From NCBI GenBank assembly GCA_000004985.1, contig GG738892.1: a stretch of 64,000 nt of DNA. One strand, given 5' to 3'. Under the pieces are notes generated by a model that did no database searches, had not been told where the DNA came from, and saw only the letters and a program-made list of their open reading frames with translations. Both the position numbers and the translations under genes were made by a program. This document shows, one piece after another, positions 62,049-64,000 of this stretch. Position 1 is the first letter of the stretch. Every line of letters begins with the position of its first letter. Source of the DNA: Naegleria gruberi (Eukaryota).

Positions 62049-63346
62049 CGAGAAACTTGAAATCAATGCCAATTGGTTTCTCTGTCAAGGAATTAATCAT
62101 TGATGATATTGAAATATCTCTTTCAAATATTTACCAAATTCTATCCCATTGTAGTTCTTTGGAGAAATTAAAACTTTCTATATCCTCAGATGATGCAGAT
62201 TTGAAAGATTTTTCTATTGAAGTTCCATTGTTGGAGAATCTCAAATATCTCCAATTAGAGACAGTACATGGTTATGATGATAATGAGCTAAAGATTGCCT
62301 ATGATTTGGTGAAACTTGCCCCTAACCTCGAATATTTGGAGATTACATATGCCAATGAACCTGCAGGTAATGACTTTCTCCTTTTTCTCACACAAAAATG
62401 TCCAAATTTGAAAGGTATTTCTATTGATGTGGATGGCGATGTACCAGATTTACAAATTTCCGATGAAGGAATTCTTACATTCCTAAAAGGAGAACCTAAA
62501 TTAGAATATTTGAGCTTTGCATATTATTGTTGCAATATTAGTGGAGAAATATTTTCCAAAATTGGGCAGTTCAAGAACTTGAGATGTATAAAAATTAGTA
62601 GGGATGTGTACATGGAGGATGCCATAGATCAGTGTACAGATTTAAAATTTGGTGGAGGAATTCTAAACAAGCTAGAATCCATCTCGTTTGGAAGTAATTT
62701 TTCACTCAATCATTGTACCCAATCAGAGAAAGATAAATTCATTACATCCTTGATAGAGATGGCTCCAAACATTAGGGATATTGGAACTCTTAATGATATT
62801 GAAGCTATTGAAATTCTGGATTATTTAGATCAATTAAGTCCACTGTTAACTGTTTTTCCACACCTTGGTGATGAATGCACCCTAGATGAATGCAAAAAAA
62901 TTGAGCTTTGGTTGAAGAAATCAAAACAATTAGAAGAAATTGAGTGGAATTTCAATGTTGATCTTTCTAATATTGAACCAATTCCATCTGTGAAGAAACT
63001 CAGCGTGTATGAAGACCTTAATTTAAATAGTTCCAAGGAATTGAGCAGAGTCTTTCCTTCTCTTACTGAGCTTGCATATTATCCAAAGGAAAATCAAGAG
63101 AACGAGGTTGTTGAATTGTTAAAGAATGGCATTTGGCCTGATTTGAAATGCTTTAAAGGACCAAATAGTGTTTTGAAAGCTAGGCCAAATCTTTATGGAA
63201 ACAGAAAAGATGAGGGTTTAGTTGATTTTATAGAATTGTGTAAACTTGAAGATGAAACTCTTCAGTTTGAAAAGGAATGGCTTATTTTAGATCACGTCGA
63301 AGAGGAAATCAATACTTCTAAAATGATGAAATTCCTTAAAAAGTGA
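62045..63346 (+). CDS. leucine-rich-repeat (FBXL/AMN1-type) C-terminal part of the same F-box/LRR locus
   Basis: Begins on TTG (no ATG) directly overlapping the stop of the upstream F-box ORF; irregular LRRs (..LEKLKLSISSDD.., ..LEYLEITYANEP.., ..LKGISIDVDGD.., ..LEYLSFAYYCC..); no GT..AG intron can bridge the frames. Confidence 0.5.
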   Translation: MTRNLKSMPIGFSVKELIIDDIEISLSNIYQILSHCSSLEKLKLSISSDDADLKDFSIEVPLLENLKYLQLETVHGYDDNELKIAYDLVKLAPNLEYLEITYANEPAGNDFLLFLTQKCPNLKGISIDVDGDVPDLQISDEGILTFLKGEPKLEYLSFAYYCCNISGEIFSKIGQFKNLRCIKISRDVYMEDAIDQCTDLKFGGGILNKLESISFGSNFSLNHCTQSEKDKFITSLIEMAPNIRDIGTLNDIEAIEILDYLDQLSPLLTVFPHLGDECTLDECKKIELWLKKSKQLEEIEWNFNVDLSNIEPIPSVKKLSVYEDLNLNSSKELSRVFPSLTELAYYPKENQENEVVELLKNGIWPDLKCFKGPNSVLKARPNLYGNRKDEGLVDFIELCKLEDETLQFEKEWLILDHVEEEINTSKMMKFLKK

Positions 63347-63425
63347 TAAATGACAACATTTTGATAAAATATATTTCATCAAAGAGTTAAATCTTATATT
63401 GTTTATTTATAAATCCAATTCTAAC

Positions 63426-64000
63426 TTAATAACCAAAATATCCACCAATGGATTTGGCAATACCCTTACTAGCATCATATAAACTATAACTCAATTGAAT
63501 GGTTTGTTCAGTGATGGATGGAGTGGTTCCAGGAGTAGTTGTTGAAACTGCAACTGATGCTGGTGGTTGCGAACGACACTTGGAATAGATTCCAATAGAA
63601 ATTGCTGAAATGGCACAAGCAGCAAGAGTTTGAACAGCATATTGCTTAATCTTGGCAATGAAATTCTCTCTATTCACATGCGTATTCCAAGCATCAGCAT
63701 AGGTCTTTTGTGGAGTGAAGGCAACCATATTGTACAATGGCTTGAATGCATTTACTTGTGGGAAGTTCTTGTGGAGGAAACGCATAACAGCTTGTTCCAA
63801 TAAGAATAATGGATCAGCAGTCTTTGATCTCATTACAATGAAATTGTGCAATGACAAGTTGAGAATGGCATCAGCTGAAGGTTTTCTTGTCAAACTGTAA
63901 TTTTCAAAAACAGCTTGAATGAGCTCTGAATTGAATGCAGTTGGCTTCAATCCTCTCTTACTTTGTTCCTCCTTGATAATATTTGAAAAGACGTGACAAT
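63426..64000 (-). CDS. partial gene (5' end beyond window): hypothetical protein with C-terminal hydrophobic segment
   Basis: Open frame continues upstream past position 64000 (..CHVFSNIIKEEQSKRGLKPTAFNSELIQ..); TM-like AVQTLAACAISAISIGIYS; ends ..SIGGYFGY. Confidence 0.35.
   Translation of the reverse strand, partial: CHVFSNIIKEEQSKRGLKPTAFNSELIQAVFENYSLTRKPSADAILNLSLHNFIVMRSKTADPLFLLEQAVMRFLHKNFPQVNAFKPLYNMVAFTPQKTYADAWNTHVNRENFIAKIKQYAVQTLAACAISAISIGIYSKCRSQPPASVAVSTTTPGTTPSITEQTIQLSYSLYDASKGIAKSIGGYFGY

Noticed and set aside
1-64000. Prokaryotic-style features (CRISPR arrays, operons, RBS-led gene starts, phage or defence islands)
   Set aside because: Genes have spliceosomal introns and eukaryotic domain content (coatomer, TBC, RGS, F-box, B-box, Zn2Cys6). 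No direct-repeat/spacer arrays are present. Strand switching and intergenic spacing are eukaryotic
1-64000. Mobile elements (transposase, reverse transcriptase, integrase ORFs, LTRs, TIRs)
   Set aside because: No ORF shows RT (YxDD), DDE or integrase motifs. The only large-scale repeat seen is the inverted tRNA-Leu pair, and that pair cannot be interpreted as a transposon without terminal repeats or a transposase

Overview
This window is eukaryotic nuclear DNA, and almost certainly fungal: one gene encodes a GAL4-type Zn(II)2Cys6 binuclear-cluster domain, which is essentially fungus-specific. By eye the sequence is roughly two-thirds A+T. It is gene-dense, with about 40 protein-coding genes on both strands. 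Many genes carry short spliceosomal introns of 41-162 nt. Donors are GTAAGT, GTATGT or GTTTGT, and acceptors are YAG. There are four tRNA genes: Lys-CUU, Glu-UUC, and two inverted copies of Leu-CAG. I found no prokaryotic-style features (no CRISPR array, no operons) and no recognisable transposon ORFs.

The supplied ORF track was generated with alternative start codons. Several of its 'M' starts are really TTG or GTG, and I corrected the starts where I could.

Conserved genes I can support:
- coatomer beta (2 exons)
- TBC-domain Rab-GAP (2 exons)
- Ras-family GTPase
- CWF19-like splicing factor
- Eco1/ESCO cohesin acetyltransferase
- MDR quinone oxidoreductase (2 exons)
- cytochrome P450 (multi-exon, broken by a 50-N assembly gap)
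- NAD(P)-dependent reductase
- UDP-glycosyltransferase-like membrane protein
- UPF0488/C8orf33-like protein
- GAF-domain protein
- Zn2Cys6 transcription factor
- BRCT/F-box protein

Signalling and lineage-expanded genes:
- a 7TM receptor with a C-terminal RGS domain
- a roughly 2090-aa ankyrin-repeat Ser/Thr kinase
- two paralogous F-box/RNI-type LRR genes
- a 12-repeat Sel1 protein followed by a BTB-like segment
- several further F-box-like proteins

The most unusual locus is a tight cluster of three paralogous B-box zinc-finger + NHL beta-propeller genes at 53.3-59.8 kb. One of them is a six-exon gene whose N-terminal exons encode collagen-like GGX/G-X-Y repeats.

Two further points stand out. 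The inverted tRNA-Leu(CAG) pair brackets a 5.3-kb segment containing LRR and Sel1 genes. At least five genes show apparent single-base frame breaks that no intron explains, which could be draft-assembly indels or decaying paralogues.

The gene-family content (Sel1, BTB, F-box/LRR, kinases) and AT richness resemble an early-diverging fungus such as a Glomeromycotina member. That is an inference only.
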